Source: Marsupella aquatica
Taxonomy: Eukaryota; Plantae; Marchantiophyta
DNA: 64,000 nucleotides
Direction: 5' to 3'
NCBI GenBank assembly: GCA_973895155.1
Contig: OZ316895.1
Location: 3,397,659-3,461,658, forward strand
In this document: positions 28,102 through 41,232 of the stretch, in pieces
Position numbering within the stretch: position 1 is the stretch's first letter
How the letters are laid out: the number at the start of each line of letters is the position of its first letter
Notes under the pieces: generated by a model
What the model was told of the DNA's origin: nothing
The model's database searches: none
Seen by the model: the letters and a program-made list of their open reading frames with translations, nothing else
Made by a program: the position numbers and the translations under genes

Positions 28102-28400
28102 ATGTGTTGATCTGTACAGAGCAGCGTCCTCCTCCTCGTGCAGAACACATTTTGGACTTTAGTAATTTAACTTTGTATTTTTGAAATCACCGACTCTACA
28201 GAACTGCCCCGTTTTCGGGTTGTTCGTGAGAAGATTGCAGCTAGCCGTGTTTTAGTGATATGAAGATTGCGTGAATGAATGGTGAGCAAGAGGAGTAGCT
28301 TTCAAAAGAAAATGTAGCCAAGTTTCCTAATGAACCTGAGCTGGGACGATCCAAAAGTGCAGCAGCCCCAGCAGTGAGCTTAGTTAGTATCTCCTCAGGA

Positions 28401-31400
28401 ATGGCTCTTCTTGCAGGGATTGTGGGGTTGGTCTTGGCCATACTTGGGGCAGCCTGGACATCTTCGTTTCAGAAGAGCTGCCGCATCGATCCCATTGGTG
28501 TGGATCTTGGGCTTTTGCCAGAACCGGAAGGATTTTGGTATCCCGAGTTCAAGCTCGAAAAGTTGGATAAAATCTTTGTTGGGGAGGCCCCGGAAGATGT
28601 GGCAGGGGACAGCCTGGGGCTGGTCTACACGGGGACAGCGGACGGGTGGATCAAGCGGATCACCTTGGATGGGGTAGTAGAAAATCACACATACGTAGGA
28701 GGACAAGTACTTGGGCTGTATATGGGTCCAGGGGACGAACTATATTGTGCTATCATTGATAAGGTTCGCTCTCGTTAGACTCGCCTGGGACATATTTACT
28801 CACTATTCCTAGTTTTAGGACCTTCGTGGGGATGATGACTTTGGAGACTAGTAAGTTTGCAGTATATTGGGAGACTCCTAGGTTTGTACCTCTTCCTATA
28901 TAACGCTGGGTGTCATGAGTTTCCTACTCTTCGAGCCATCCAATTCTATGGATTATTGCAGAAGTTTGATAAGAAATTATCCACTTGTCTTGTACAGGGG
29001 TTACTGAAGATTTCCAGAGACGGTGTCGTGCATCTTCTTACAAATGAAGTTGATGGCTCGGAAATTATGTAAGTAAGCTCTTTGCCCTCCCTGATACTCT
29101 GAGAATCTACTGGTTTTACCGCCCCCTCTTCTACATTCTGTGAAACACTCTAGCCCCAAGCTCAGACTCGATAGATAAATCTGAGCTGCAGTTGGTTGTA
29201 ACTCATAAGTGGATTAGTCGTTCTGGATCATCCACATAGCACTAGATCCGTCAGCTTACTGGATCCGGTCCTATTCTGGAAGTATCAGAGGCATGAACGT
29301 TCTTCACGATGAAATTGCCGGAGTGGTTCCTATAAATCAAAAGAATGATCCGTTCAGTGCATACTCAATAGTCTTTCAAGTCAAACTTATTATGGACAAA
29401 TACCTCAGTGTCGTTGATACATTTTAAGCCTCAAGTTCGAGCTCTGATGTATAAGTTTCTCTGCAGTCTATGAATTTTATATCTCAAGCTAATTTGCTGA
29501 TGGAACAGGTTTCTCTGTGTGATCTCTTTAATCTATTATGAGCTTCGAAAAACCCAATCAATTCAGAGAAAACAGGAGGGGACGTTTCGAAGAGTTTAAT
29601 CAATACTGGATTTGCTTTTTGTCGTCTTGCGTGTCTTCTCTCAGCCTCCAATTCATTTCCGTCCCTGTTTTTAACCCAATTCTGTAGCTGGCCATTGATT
29701 GGACTTCATTGCGAAGATTCAATCTCACGACTGCTTATACTGTTCCAGGTCATGAATACATCTGCTCTATAGTCTTGCAGTGTCCTTCCTGGTTCGAAGA
29801 AATTAACGAATATGAATACTAGACTACTCTTCTGTAAGGCTCTCTCGGTCTTGTGACTGAGATTTGAGTCCGAAAAGTTGCACGTGATATGCAAATCACT
29901 TCGATTAGCCATCTCACCAGCTCTGCAACCACAAGAAGTACCAGCCTATCCGACCTACATTATCATGGTAACTAGCAGTATTAAACCTCAATTTGTGGCA
30001 AGAGCATTTAGGCTGTTGGTAACTAGCATCGTTGTATCGGCTTGTAGGTTCCCAGATGGACTCGCAGTTGCCAAAGACGGAACTGTCTACTTCACTGATG
30101 CAAGTACAAAATTTCGGTTTGAGGATAATATGCTAGATGTGATTGAGGGACGACTTAATGGACGAGTTCTGAAGTATGACCCAGCCACGAGCACCACCAG
30201 TGTCTTGGTCAAGGATGTCGGCTTTGCAAACGGTGTGGCCCTTTCCAAGGACGAGGACTTCTTCCTGTTCTGCGAAACTTCCAGGTAACAATTTGCATTG
30301 GTGGAGGTACAGTGTTTTGATTGGATACATTTCCACTCCAAATATCCAAAGTTGTCTTACAGGAAATTCAAAGTACCTTTGAAGCTGAGCATTTCAATCT
30401 TAGCCGTGCAACTCATGCCCTTGTACAAATTTGTGAAATGTGGAATGTCATAGCCAGGCGAAGAGGGGACATAGGATCTCCACGTCTCTGTCAGTTGACT
30501 ATCCAAGAGTGATTTTGTTTGTCCTCAGCATTTCGGGTCACAAACTTTGTTTCTTTGCACTACTTTAAATTCTGAATCATTTTGGTCTCCTTTATTTTGT
30601 TTCTTGGAAGCGCCTGGAAGTAACAGGGAGGATAGATTCTTGCTGTTTGCCCTCAGCATTTCGGGTCAGAAACTTTGTTTCTTCGCACTACATTAAATTC
30701 TGAAACTTTTTGGTTTCTTTTCTGTTGTTTCTTGGAAGAGCCTGGAAGTAACAGGGAACTGAAAGGGACTTCACTACTCTTCATGTCCGAGTGGGAAAGA
30801 GGAGCACTATTTTGTATGCTAGTAATGTTGGACTTCAACAAGTTGGATCGGCTAGGAAGTGAACCTAGGACCTCCCTTGAACATAGTTAGTGCTCTATCA
30901 CTTAGCTACAGGCCCTGTATGCCTGCGCCTTTAATGCATTCGAGTGTGGTTCATTTCCAACACCCTCCCATAAATTCTGTATGGAATAATGGTCACCGGG
31001 GGGTAACCATTTCTAGTCCACGTTCCTATTCTCATAGTCTGGTGCCCGTAAATATACTGCCAGGTAATCCTTTTCCAGACTGGATTTACGTACAATAACC
31101 AGGTCGGGGCAGCGTTCTAGACTGTAACCCTGCTATCTGAATGTCCGAAAGCTTCTCAGCTGCTGCCGGCCAGCTTATTCTCACATTCCGGAGGTAGATT
31201 TACAGCCTAGTAAGCCCCGACCAGACATCGGTTCTCCTATACTTGAGCCACACCCGCTTTAAGAGAAATTCCTGATCGTTTTGACATAATTCTGTCAAGG
31301 GGAATTGAGTAACTCATTTCAAGAACCTGGTTTTGACACGAGAAATGGTATGTGCTCTGTGCAGGGCACGTGTAATGCGCTATTGGCTGAAAGGAGAGAA

Positions 31401-32363
31401 AGAAGGAACTGTGGAAACATTCATTGATGGTCTACCTGGCTACCCTGACAACGTGCGGCTCAGTGAACAAGATGGAAACTTCTACATTGGCTTGCCTGCG
31501 GTAATCTTCCTGCATTCCTCCCAGCTTTGCTTCTCAAAAAAGGAAGAGCATTGATTCACTTATGGGCTAGTTCAGAGTTCAGTTGTTCAGAGAATCTGTG
31601 CACCAATTTCTTTTTCCACATTGTGTAGTCTAGGGAAAGAGTTAGCTTTCCAAGTTATACTCATGCTGATACCAGTCTCCTACTGCACTCTATCAATTCC
31701 AAATAGAGAGCATTGTTAGAGATTTTATGTACAATTGAAGAGGTGAGGATGCACTATATCATATTCTTTATTTCGGTCGAGGATGATACCGTGTAGCCAG
31801 TCCCAAGGTCCTAGATCACGAACCAACATTGCACCGTCCATCCGATATCAACAGATTTTGAATCTCATGTTTCTTAAGCCTTTGGTAAGTAATTCACTCA
31901 ATAGCTCTCCTCATGTTGCTTCAAAACAAAGCATCACCACCTAACATCAAACGAGACTACAGTGGGCATTCTGCAGGTAATTCCTCCTCTACTAGGAACA
32001 GTAGTTTAAGTTAATTTGTATCAAGTATAGAAGTAACATGAACTCTAGTCTGGCATTAGAAAACTTAAAACTTACATATTGTAATTTTCTGATGTACAGA
32101 AACGATCAAAACCTACAGACTGGGCCATGAAAAGCCCAAATACGATTTTAAGGTGTTTGCTGGTAAGGCCAACTATACTTAGTCTATTGGACGTGAGTGG
32201 TGATGGTACGATGATAGTTGTCACTCCAGAAGGCAAATTTGCGAAAAAGTACGAAGATCCCACCGGAAAAGTGATGAACAACATAGTTGGAGGGAAAATC
32301 ATTGGCGATTTTCTCTACTTCACTACCTTAAAAAATGATTTTCTTGGCCGTCTCAAGTTGTGA
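28401..32363 (+). CDS. Strictosidine synthase-like (SSL)/APMAP-type six-bladed beta-propeller with N-terminal signal anchor; exons 28401-28763, 28998-29068, 30048-30284, 31365-31500, 32100-32363
   Basis: [19 protein letters not shown]; [20 protein letters not shown]; [14 protein letters not shown]; [22 protein letters not shown]; [34 protein letters not shown]; [30 protein letters not shown]; YEDPTGK..LYF..FLGRLKL*. GT-AG junctions keep frame. Confidence 0.93.
30522..30757. repeat. ~128-bp tandem duplication inside SSL intron 3
   Basis: cctcagcatttcgggtca.aaactttgtttctt.gcactac.ttaaattctgaa...gcctggaagtaacaggga at ~30522 and ~30650. Confidence 0.9.
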
Positions 32364-33289
32364 ACTTTGAAAGTGGCCCTTGCATGTTTTTGTGAAGAGA
32401 AATTTTGGGATAAAAAATTGGAACCGAAACTTACAGTTGTCTCACACTCTACATATTATGGAATTGTTTCCACCTCCCAGATATAAGGTGACTGCAAGAC
32501 TGTCTTGAGTTTGGATCCAAGTCTTGTGAAGACTACTCGCAGCAACTTTGATTTCTCAATTGGATGCATGCGATAGTTTTGTGAAAGCGTTTCCTATGCA
32601 AGCGAGATGTCACTGCCAATGTATTGAATGTATGCGGATTCTTGTTTGATGGATTCAGTCTTCAGTTCGGAGCAGTTAGTGTGCATTGTTTCAAGCGGTT
32701 CGTGCAGATCAATTTATTTTTAAATGAGGAGAAGCAGTCAGTCTCGAAGTCCAATTAGTCTCTCATATGCGAGTGAAAACCTTTTGAGAAATTGCTCGTG
32801 GTCAATATGGCTACCAGCTCTGACCAGTCTACGTTACTCTCTTGAATATGTAATTAGTGAAACGGTTACGAGCGTGGAGGTTCCACTACCGCAGTCACAC
32901 TTTCGCTTGTAAGACCTCTATTATTATAATTCGGAATTGAAGGTTCCAAGCGTCAAATTCAAGTTCTGCAATTTAGTCTACGTTTAATGATGGACCTACG
33001 AAGTCCATATGTTTAACCTGGTATGGAACGGGGCAGACAAATCACGATACCATTTCCATACCATTTCCCCAAACTTCAGCATCGTTGGACCAATTTTGAC
33101 AGAGAAAGTCCAAGGACTTAGATACAAGATTGGAACCGAAGCTAACGGTCCTCAAGAGTTGGTGATATCACCAACCCCCACACCCCACCACCAGATACAC
33201 AGAAAAGAAAAATATCAAAGAAAACAAGTTTCTGAAGGTGCATAAATTCTCTGAAGGTGCATACGAATTCTTATGCACCTTCAGAGAGT

Positions 33290-33416
33290 AGATCGGCTAG
33301 GACAGGTTGAATTTACTGTAAGACAACTTTGGATATTTGGAGTGGAAATGTATCCAATCAAAACACTGCAACTTCACCAATGCAAATTCGGCCCCAACTG
33401 CACTCCTAGCCGATCT
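33290..33416. mobile_element. Small MITE-like element with 13-bp perfect TIR
   Basis: agatcggctagga (33290-33302) / tcctagccgatct (33404-33416); interior is an inverted copy of 30290-30362. Confidence 0.55.
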
Positions 33417-35614
33417 CCGTGTGCCCAAGCTCCTAGCAGCACTTACAAAAGTGTGAGGCAGTTAATTTTAGCTCTTATGTTTAGCAGTTAATTTATGGAA
33501 CTCTGCTCTACATGCATTACTTTTTGGTTCCGTTTAATACAGCGGACCCGTTCTCAAAAACAATACAGAAACTCATCCAATCAGCTAATTCTATCCAAAA
33601 CTTCTCATTGACCACCATTTCAGTGCTCGTCGAAGTGAGCTTTTCAAGGGAAAAAATGACTTCTCACTTGCCGTGTTCGCAGACAATGGAAACTTGGTTT
33701 AGTAGGTTAAACTTTTCTTCCTCACTCTCTCTGAAGGTGCACAAGAATTCGGCAATAATGCCTGATCTAATTGTTATGCCCATGGGTCTCACTATCTCTC
33801 TGGAAATTTACTTGTACAAAATGATTCAAGAATGCGATGTAATTGTTATGCCCAGCGGCCACAGCTCTGGCTGCTGTTGACGAGAGAGAACAAATCTTGA
33901 ACAGAAAAGTATGGATGATGACGTGAATCAATACGGAGACAGTTTGAGGGGATGTCCACAGACTCTTTGTGCTAATAAGTATACTTGTCTTATAAATTTT
34001 CATTATCGCTGAACAACACATTTAGTTGTGTGATCAGGCAAAGCTCAGATTGCCATCATGTTCCACACTATGGACCTTGTCAATGGCTTATGTTGTCTAT
34101 TGCTGCAGATCTGTAACAGATTTGCCTATGTGCTAAAAGAACGATCTGACCTTATCGACCTAATAATTGATCCCTTGGATGACCGTTTTGGTCTCTGGCT
34201 AAGTAAGAGATCTTTGACGATATATGCCCATATCCAAAGTTTAGTTACCGAGCTCTGCACAGTAAACTACTAACCTGAAAAGTGGAGGTATGGTCCATGA
34301 TGCAAAGGTACAAAAGGGCAACGGCCAGGTATTTTGTCGTGTCAAAATTGTCACCGTCCACAAAACCGAGAAATAAAATTTCATCGTTAGTTTACAGTAG
34401 GCAAAAATATCCGATCGCTCATATCTACTGTAGTTGGGTGCTCTCTCGCGAGCATGTGAACATGCGGAGAGTACGAAGATACAGTAAGAACGAACATGGC
34501 TCGAGTTTCTAGACCAAGTGGAGTTCTCTCCCTCGTTGAAGCCTTTGGTGAGCCCTGCTTGTCAGGAAAGTGCCTCTATATCTTGTTCGGGGGATCTTTT
34601 ATTACGGAGCGGACATAATTCTACCGCAAAACTGGTGGGCCCCGATAGACCTCCGGATAAGTTATTTTAATCCTCCTCCTTCATTCTTCGTCACCAAAAT
34701 AATGAGGCACTGCCAGGTGCAACAGCCCGCTGACAATCCGGAGAGTAAAGCAGATCGACAGGATACGGTTTCATAATCCTGATCCGGTGAACGAAAAGGA
34801 TCTTGGATGATGCCAGTTGCGACATACCTTTGCAAACTACAGTAGATGTGATTCGGTGACGCTTTTGGTCAGAATGCTACAGGATTCTGTAATCTGTACT
34901 CTCCATCACTGCTACTAGCTGGACACACCAATTCACCGCGCACCACGCACTGGCCCTATGGACAATAACAGTGGCCGGAGCCAGCCATCCCCCGTTGCGG
35001 CACAGTCCCATGTCTGGCTTCAGGCATCCGTCTGCAGTCCAGCTCTCAAGGCGCAGCTGAAAATGGACTGACGAATGCGTAGACTGGAGGTGGGGCCAGC
35101 GACTTCAAGGAGATTCTACCATCCACAGTGCTACACCCCTCGCCATGTCTACTTGAGCATGGACAATGGACAATGGACAATGGACAATGTTTGCTTGGTT
35201 CATTTTCCTTGCAATTAAAAAACTCCGGAGTACTTGCTTTGCTCAAATGCGCAGTCAGCGACGCGGCGCGATTCATTCAACCAAAGCTCAGCAGAAACTC
35301 TGAAACTGTCAACCTTTTGGCGCATCCAGAGCCAGAAAGGGGATTCTTCGGCCAGACAAAGAATTGCTGGACTCATCCCAAGTCACCGCTGCTGCCAGGG
35401 AGATTCGCATGCACGAGAGTTGCTTACAACCATGAAACCTTGAAACCACTCCATGAAACGCGCTCGCCGATGAAATTCTGGAGTTCAACGCTGGCTGCTT
35501 CCATCTCGCCAGCATGGGTACACAACGAAACAAGTCCAAACGATGAACGAACGACTTGCTCGTGTGATTTGTCACAGGGCATGCTTCGGATCAGGGTGTC
35601 AAAGAGTTGCTCGA

Positions 35615-36180
35615 GGGGTCAATTGTAGCGTGTGTGTGTATGAGGAAATGAGCAATATTTTCCCTCACATGACCCATGACCCCTAATTTTTCTTTTTCCA
35701 ATTGCCTAGCTAACAAGGACCTGGTTGATAGCATACATTTATATGACTCCTCTTTTCACATGACCCCTAATTTTTTTTCCTTACCTGACCCCTAATGTTT
35801 TTCTTCACATGACCCCTAATTTTTCTATATCTAATTGCCTAGCTAACAAGAACCTGGTTGGTCACAGCATACATTTTTATGACTCCTCTTTTCACATGAC
35901 CCCTAATTTTTTTCTTCACATGGACCCTACTTTTTTTCCTTGCATGACCCCTAATTTTTCTTTATCCAATTGCCTAGCTAACAAGAACCTGGTTGACAGC
36001 ATACATTTTTATGACTCCTCTTTTCACATGACCCCTAATTTTTTTTCTTCTCATGAACCCTACTTTTTTTCCTTGCATGACCCCTAATTTTTCTTTATCC
36101 AATTGCCTAGCTAACAAGAACCTGGGGTTGACAGCAGACATTTTTATGACTCCTCTTTTCACATGACCCCTAATTTTTTA
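35615..36180 (+). mobile_element. DNA transposon end (family C) with subterminal array of 4 x ~133-bp units
   Basis: Starts ggggtcaattgtagcgtgtg; units atgacccctaatttttct...aattgcctagctaacaag.acctgg...tatgactcctcttttcac at ~35677, 35809, 35944, 36077. Confidence 0.7.
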
Positions 36181-39100
36181 TTTTTCTATGTGTGAGATGC
36201 AATCTTAGCCATTCAAATGTGTGAACTGGCCACACTTGGGTCACACTTCACTTTACAAGAACTTGCGGGCACAATCAATCAAAAACCACTACCATCCTAG
36301 TCATATTCATTCCAGTTGGGCCCTTGTGGGTCCCTTTTTTCTGATATGTGCATACTTTTGTGTTCAAACTTAGACCTCCCCTTGAGGTGATCTAAGAATG
36401 GACCAAGGGGCCACTTCTCTTCACTCAGGGTCTTTTATTTATTATCTCCCAGACATTACACGTTTGGATCAGGTCTTTTAACTTTAGTGCCTGCAACTGG
36501 CCCTCCCCCTGCTTTGGATGGGGATACACTGAAGGCCCCCCCCCCCTTGTAAAGCCCCCCTAACTTGACCTGGTTCTGTCACCCAGGAATTGATCTCCAG
36601 TCATTCATCTACCATGAAACTTGACAGAACTTCTTAGGGTGGCTTTACAACGGTGGGTAGCACTTATAACTCTTTTCACCAAAGCTGACCAAATCTTGTT
36701 GTAAAGATAGACTACTGTAGAGACCAAAAATCCAAGTCAGGCTCCAAGCATCCTAAAGCCTGTCTGCAAGAGCAATTTCCCTGGAAAAGTAAAAGTGACT
36801 TGGGTATCCCTTGCGATAGTGCTTTACTGTACACTAACTAGCCCACTGCCCATGAGGTGCACAATATTGTTGATATTATGCTAAGTGCAAGAGTTTTCAA
36901 ACATACTTAAGTGAGATTGTCAAGCAGTTGGATATTGTGGGAGTAGGCCTACCAGCTGGATTCAAGAAGTCTAGGTGGGAAACTGGCCAATGGGAAAAAC
37001 CTTGTGTAGTGAATTTTGGGCAAAAGTGGCTAAGACTTTATTATTATCTCATATATAATCATCTCTTTGTGAAATGTCATTTTGGTGGGAAGCATTTGTG
37101 GCCTTCAGATTATGGTGACATTTTGCCTACCAAACATGAGATGGGCCTGAGCCCTAAAGCCTAAACCCTCAACCCTCTCTACAACTTTTCTGCACTCAAC
37201 TCTCCGCTCTCCTCGCAGCTTGTATCCATAGAGGCCATTAGTTAGAATCCAACAATTATCCTTAAATCTAAGGAGATTTGACTGCCATAAATTAAAATTA
37301 AGCCAGGAATTAGATAGGAAGATGCCTAGCATCTCCTCCAAATAAGGTGACATTTGCCATGGTGGCAAAAAACTTAAAAGTTGGAATTTAAGCTGGTCTC
37401 CTACCCGTCCGATTTAGAAAAGGAAAAAACAGGTTAAAATGTCAAGCTGATCTCTTATTCTTGGGATTCTGTCCACCTGTTTGACTGTTTTTTGTCATGG
37501 CAATTTAATATAATTTTATCACCTTCCACCTTAGTGTAGTCCATGAGAGTAACTTTGGGTTGAGATAATATACTTACTAGCCTGAACAAAAACAAAAATA
37601 GAGATGAGGACGAAACAAAACTTTATAGAAGAAATGATTCCTTGTTGTTTCCTGTTCATTTTGCCCCCATCCCTGTCTTTTGTCTCCACCCTCACTTAAA
37701 TTTCAGTTATGCCCTTATTAGTTAGGCAACTGAATTTCAGCCTCCATCCATGTTTTTGTCCCCATCTTCTCTTAATTTCAGTTTTGCCCTGTCGCCCTGA
37801 GTTAGGCACATAATTTCAGTTGTGCCCTAAGTGACTCACCCTCATTTAATTTCAGGTATGCACTCAGTCAGGCACTTAAATCTAGTTATGCCCTAAGTTA
37901 GAGTCAAGGTCTAGAAACTGTAGGCCCATATGGAGTAGCTTTGATCGGGCTTTATTAGCTAGACTAGATAAATAAAGGGTGCCAATAGAAATGCACCCCC
38001 CTTCAGTCACGGTCTCACTCTTTTAGTCACTTTCCAGGACTCAATTTGCTGAGTCATGGAACCCGCCCCGCCTCATGGGAACAGGAACCGGACGCCACAA
38101 CTAGTCAAGTAGTCAAGGTAACGAGGATCAAGGGCAACCTCCCCCGTGGGCTGCGGCATGGCGCTTGCGACTAGTACTCACGCCAAAAAGCAGATTTGAT
38201 CTGTTCTTCGTCTTGGGAGAGCATCTCATCTCTCCGAGATAGCTCAACTAAATTGTTGCGCCAGATTCACTCATGCAATCGATCTCATTGTCGAGCATTG
38301 CGATGCGGAGACACTATATTGTGACCGTTCTCATCCCACGGGGTGCAAGTTAAACTGGCCAGTGGCAAGAAAAAAGGAGCCGAGCCAAGACGAGAAAGAG
38401 CAACTTTCCCGCCGCGTCTTCTGGTGAAGTCCCGTGGAATAAATAACCTTATTATTATTAGTAGTGTATATATATGTATAGCAGTCCTTTGATGCGCCGT
38501 GCAACGGGACCCGCAGGACCTTGATTCCAGCCTATGGACAGTGTGGGCCGCAGAAGAGCGAAATCTGAGTTTCCCAAATTAGAGATAATAGGCAGGGCTT
38601 GTTTTTTATGGCAAAAATTAGATAGCTTACACTTCTCCAAAAACTGTTTGCCGTTTTTGGCAAAAATTCCCTAGATTTTTTGTGTCCCATTAGCCAGAAT
38701 TTAGCCATCACATTTAAACCGAAACCGAAGGAGATCTGACGGTCATTAGATAATTTGGGGACATCAGATAAAGAACATTCCTAGCTAGCATCTTCTTCTA
38801 TGCTCTAAGCACGGGCCCTTTTATATGGGCATCTCTGATTACACTGATACCGGTCTTTCCCCAAACAGAGCACCGTAGCCTTGTTATTCAAATAGTGGGC
38901 CATGGGGCATTGTGTTTGAGTTAAGACTATGCGTTTTCATTTTTTGTTTTTTGTACTTGCAGGTTGTGTTTGAAAATGGAGGTTGACATTGTCATGATTC
39001 ATGCACATTTGTATTGTTTGTGCTCAATATAGAACAGTTTAGGGTCCAAACTCAAACACAATGTTCAACTCAAACACAGCCCTAACATTCGAACAGAATA

Positions 39101-39203
39101 CCTGGGCGTTGGGTCAAGAAGACGTTGTAAGTTCAAATGTGTTTATTGTCACATGACCCCAAAATTTCCATTTTCAAACAACGGCATGGCGTTGTGTTTG
39201 GGG

Positions 39204-39259
39204 GAAGGCGGTAGCCCGAAGGCGGTAGCCCGAAGACGGTAGCCCAAAGACGGTAGCCC
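39204..39259. repeat. 4 x 14-bp tandem repeat
   Basis: (gaag[g/a]cggtagccc)x4. Confidence 0.85.
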
Positions 39260-39299
39260 CACTACCTGATATTGATGAGGATCCGGATTCATTCAGTGG

Positions 39300-39762
39300 A
39301 TTGGTCTGAATGATTTCCTCCGTTGATCTAAATCCAAGGGACCCCCTTCTCTGGTATTCCAATGGTACATATGATCCGTATGGATGGTGTCTATTGGATT
39401 TCTTGCAGGCGCATCGGATTTTGGTGGATCGGATGGTGGTCACTGGCAGCTTGGGGCGGATGGAGTGTGGCAGTGCCCCAACATGCTTCCGGGCAAGTAT
39501 CAGGCTATTTTGGCAGTTCTCGGTAGTCTGCTTGCTCTCTTGGCATAGAATGGTTTGTGGTTCTTAGCTCCCTGGGGTCCTCCTTTCCCCTTTCCTCTGC
39601 CTCCTCTCCTTTTTGCGGACTGGCTGGGTGGGCCCTTTCTCGTTTCTCTGGGTGTGCTCCTTCTTCCAGCCCCCTTATTGGTCTTTTCTTCCTGCCTCCT
39701 TTTCTCAGTGGGGACCATTGTGGTTTCAGGTTTCATGGAATAAAGTTTATTTTGAAAAAAAA
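39300..39762 (+). mobile_element. Probable 5'-truncated non-LTR retroelement 3' end
   Basis: Pyrimidine-rich tract, AATAAA at ~39739, then an A-run at 39754-39762; no recognisable RT. Confidence 0.35.
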
Positions 39763-41224
39763 GACCACCACGCTACATTCTAGGGGTGCTACCTTAGATA
39801 CTCCAAGCCTTTTTTTGACTTTGCCTACCAGTGAATTGACTGGGTTGACTAGTGGGGCAGTCCTGTGGGTACTCCAAGCCTTTTTGGACTTTGTCTACCG
39901 TGAATTGACCATTCACCCCTACACAGAGGGCTGAAGGACTCCCTCTACCGAGACTCCCCATGCATGTAGCTATTCACAAACAATATCTAAACATCAAAAT
40001 TATGGCCTATTGCTTCACTCTACAGAGTAGCTCACAAATGGTAGTCTTACATGGCCTGGTCCTGATACAAACTGAGTTGGTAGTGAGCAACTGAAGGGCA
40101 GGTAAGTCATGAATTCTTTTGGTGAAACTACTACTCACCTGGTGTAACTTGATGTTTAATATGGGTTACATGAAGAAGAATGGGGCTTCGTATCTCTGTT
40201 TGGGGTAAAGATTTGATTTTATCTAAACTTCAATATGGCCACTGTCCCTGGATCCGGGGAAGGAGAAAGTAGTTACTTTTTGCCCACCTTTTTTAGCTTT
40301 ATTAAGACCAATACGACTAATTATGGTTACCTGGGTCTACCAGTTTGGAACGTGGAGAATGGTAGTTTTAGTTTGGTTTCGGGAAGGGCAAACAAATCTT
40401 CCCAATTATATGTTTGGGGATGGACATATATAGCTTAGAGATGGTGAACTTGTTATCCCCACATTCTCAGAGCAGTGTTTTGTGATCTCACCACGGACTT
40501 TAGACTGACATCCAAATTCAATGGACACTTATCACTAACCCAACACTCCTTTGGAAGTGATATTTAACCCCAAACATGGTTAGATGAGTATGAGCAAATA
40601 AAAAAAGATTGGATGAGGGAAAGACTAAGCTATAGCTAGCCCAGGATGTGATTAGATGAGCACAGTAAAACCAATAATGAGTGTATGAGGGAGGGGAGAT
40701 GAGGGTAATATGCACCATCACCCCACCACCAGTCCAGTAGTCCTTTCCCGGGACCAGTGGGTTTTTTTTTTTTTTCTCAGCCACTCTGGGACCGTGCAGG
40801 CTGAGTCTTTTCTTTATCGAGTCAATATTAAATTTGCCCACTGGCTTCTCTTAGCCACACTCCAGGACACCAGGACGGAGCAGGAGCTCAGACTCTTTCT
40901 TTATGGAATCATTATTTATTTGCCCATACTTGAGTAGTCGTGCCTTGGGTTATTAAAGAGGTGGACAACGAACAATAATAGATAGGCTCTCCCACTCACT
41001 TCCCATCATAGGATACTTGTACTATTTGTAGATGTGTTTTGAGATCTAACTTTGTGTTGCCTCACCGAAAAGAGTACAGTGATATAATAGTAGCCTTTTG
41101 GACGTTTAGTAGCCTCTTGCGCTTTGCCTTTTGAAAATGTGTGAGCCGTCCAATACGACCCTTCGCTGTTGCACCATCGAGGGTACATTGAGGTCGAGCT
41201 TCATAATCTCATATCTCATAATTA

Positions 41225-41232
41225 TATATAAA
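41225..41232 (+). promoter_or_regulatory. TATA box of the PADRE gene (putative)
   Basis: TATATAAA followed by a CT-rich, CpG-rich leader that includes a ~53-bp duplication (41322/41375). Confidence 0.5.

Noticed and set aside
35128-35628. 166-aa ORF in a CpG-rich patch
   Set aside because: Non-ATG start, includes a 7-bp microrepeat, no recognisable motif.
38040-38560. GC-rich patch beside a TA-rich tract as a possible ncRNA or Helitron end
   Set aside because: No recognisable RNA motif, and no CTAG terminus correctly spaced from a hairpin.
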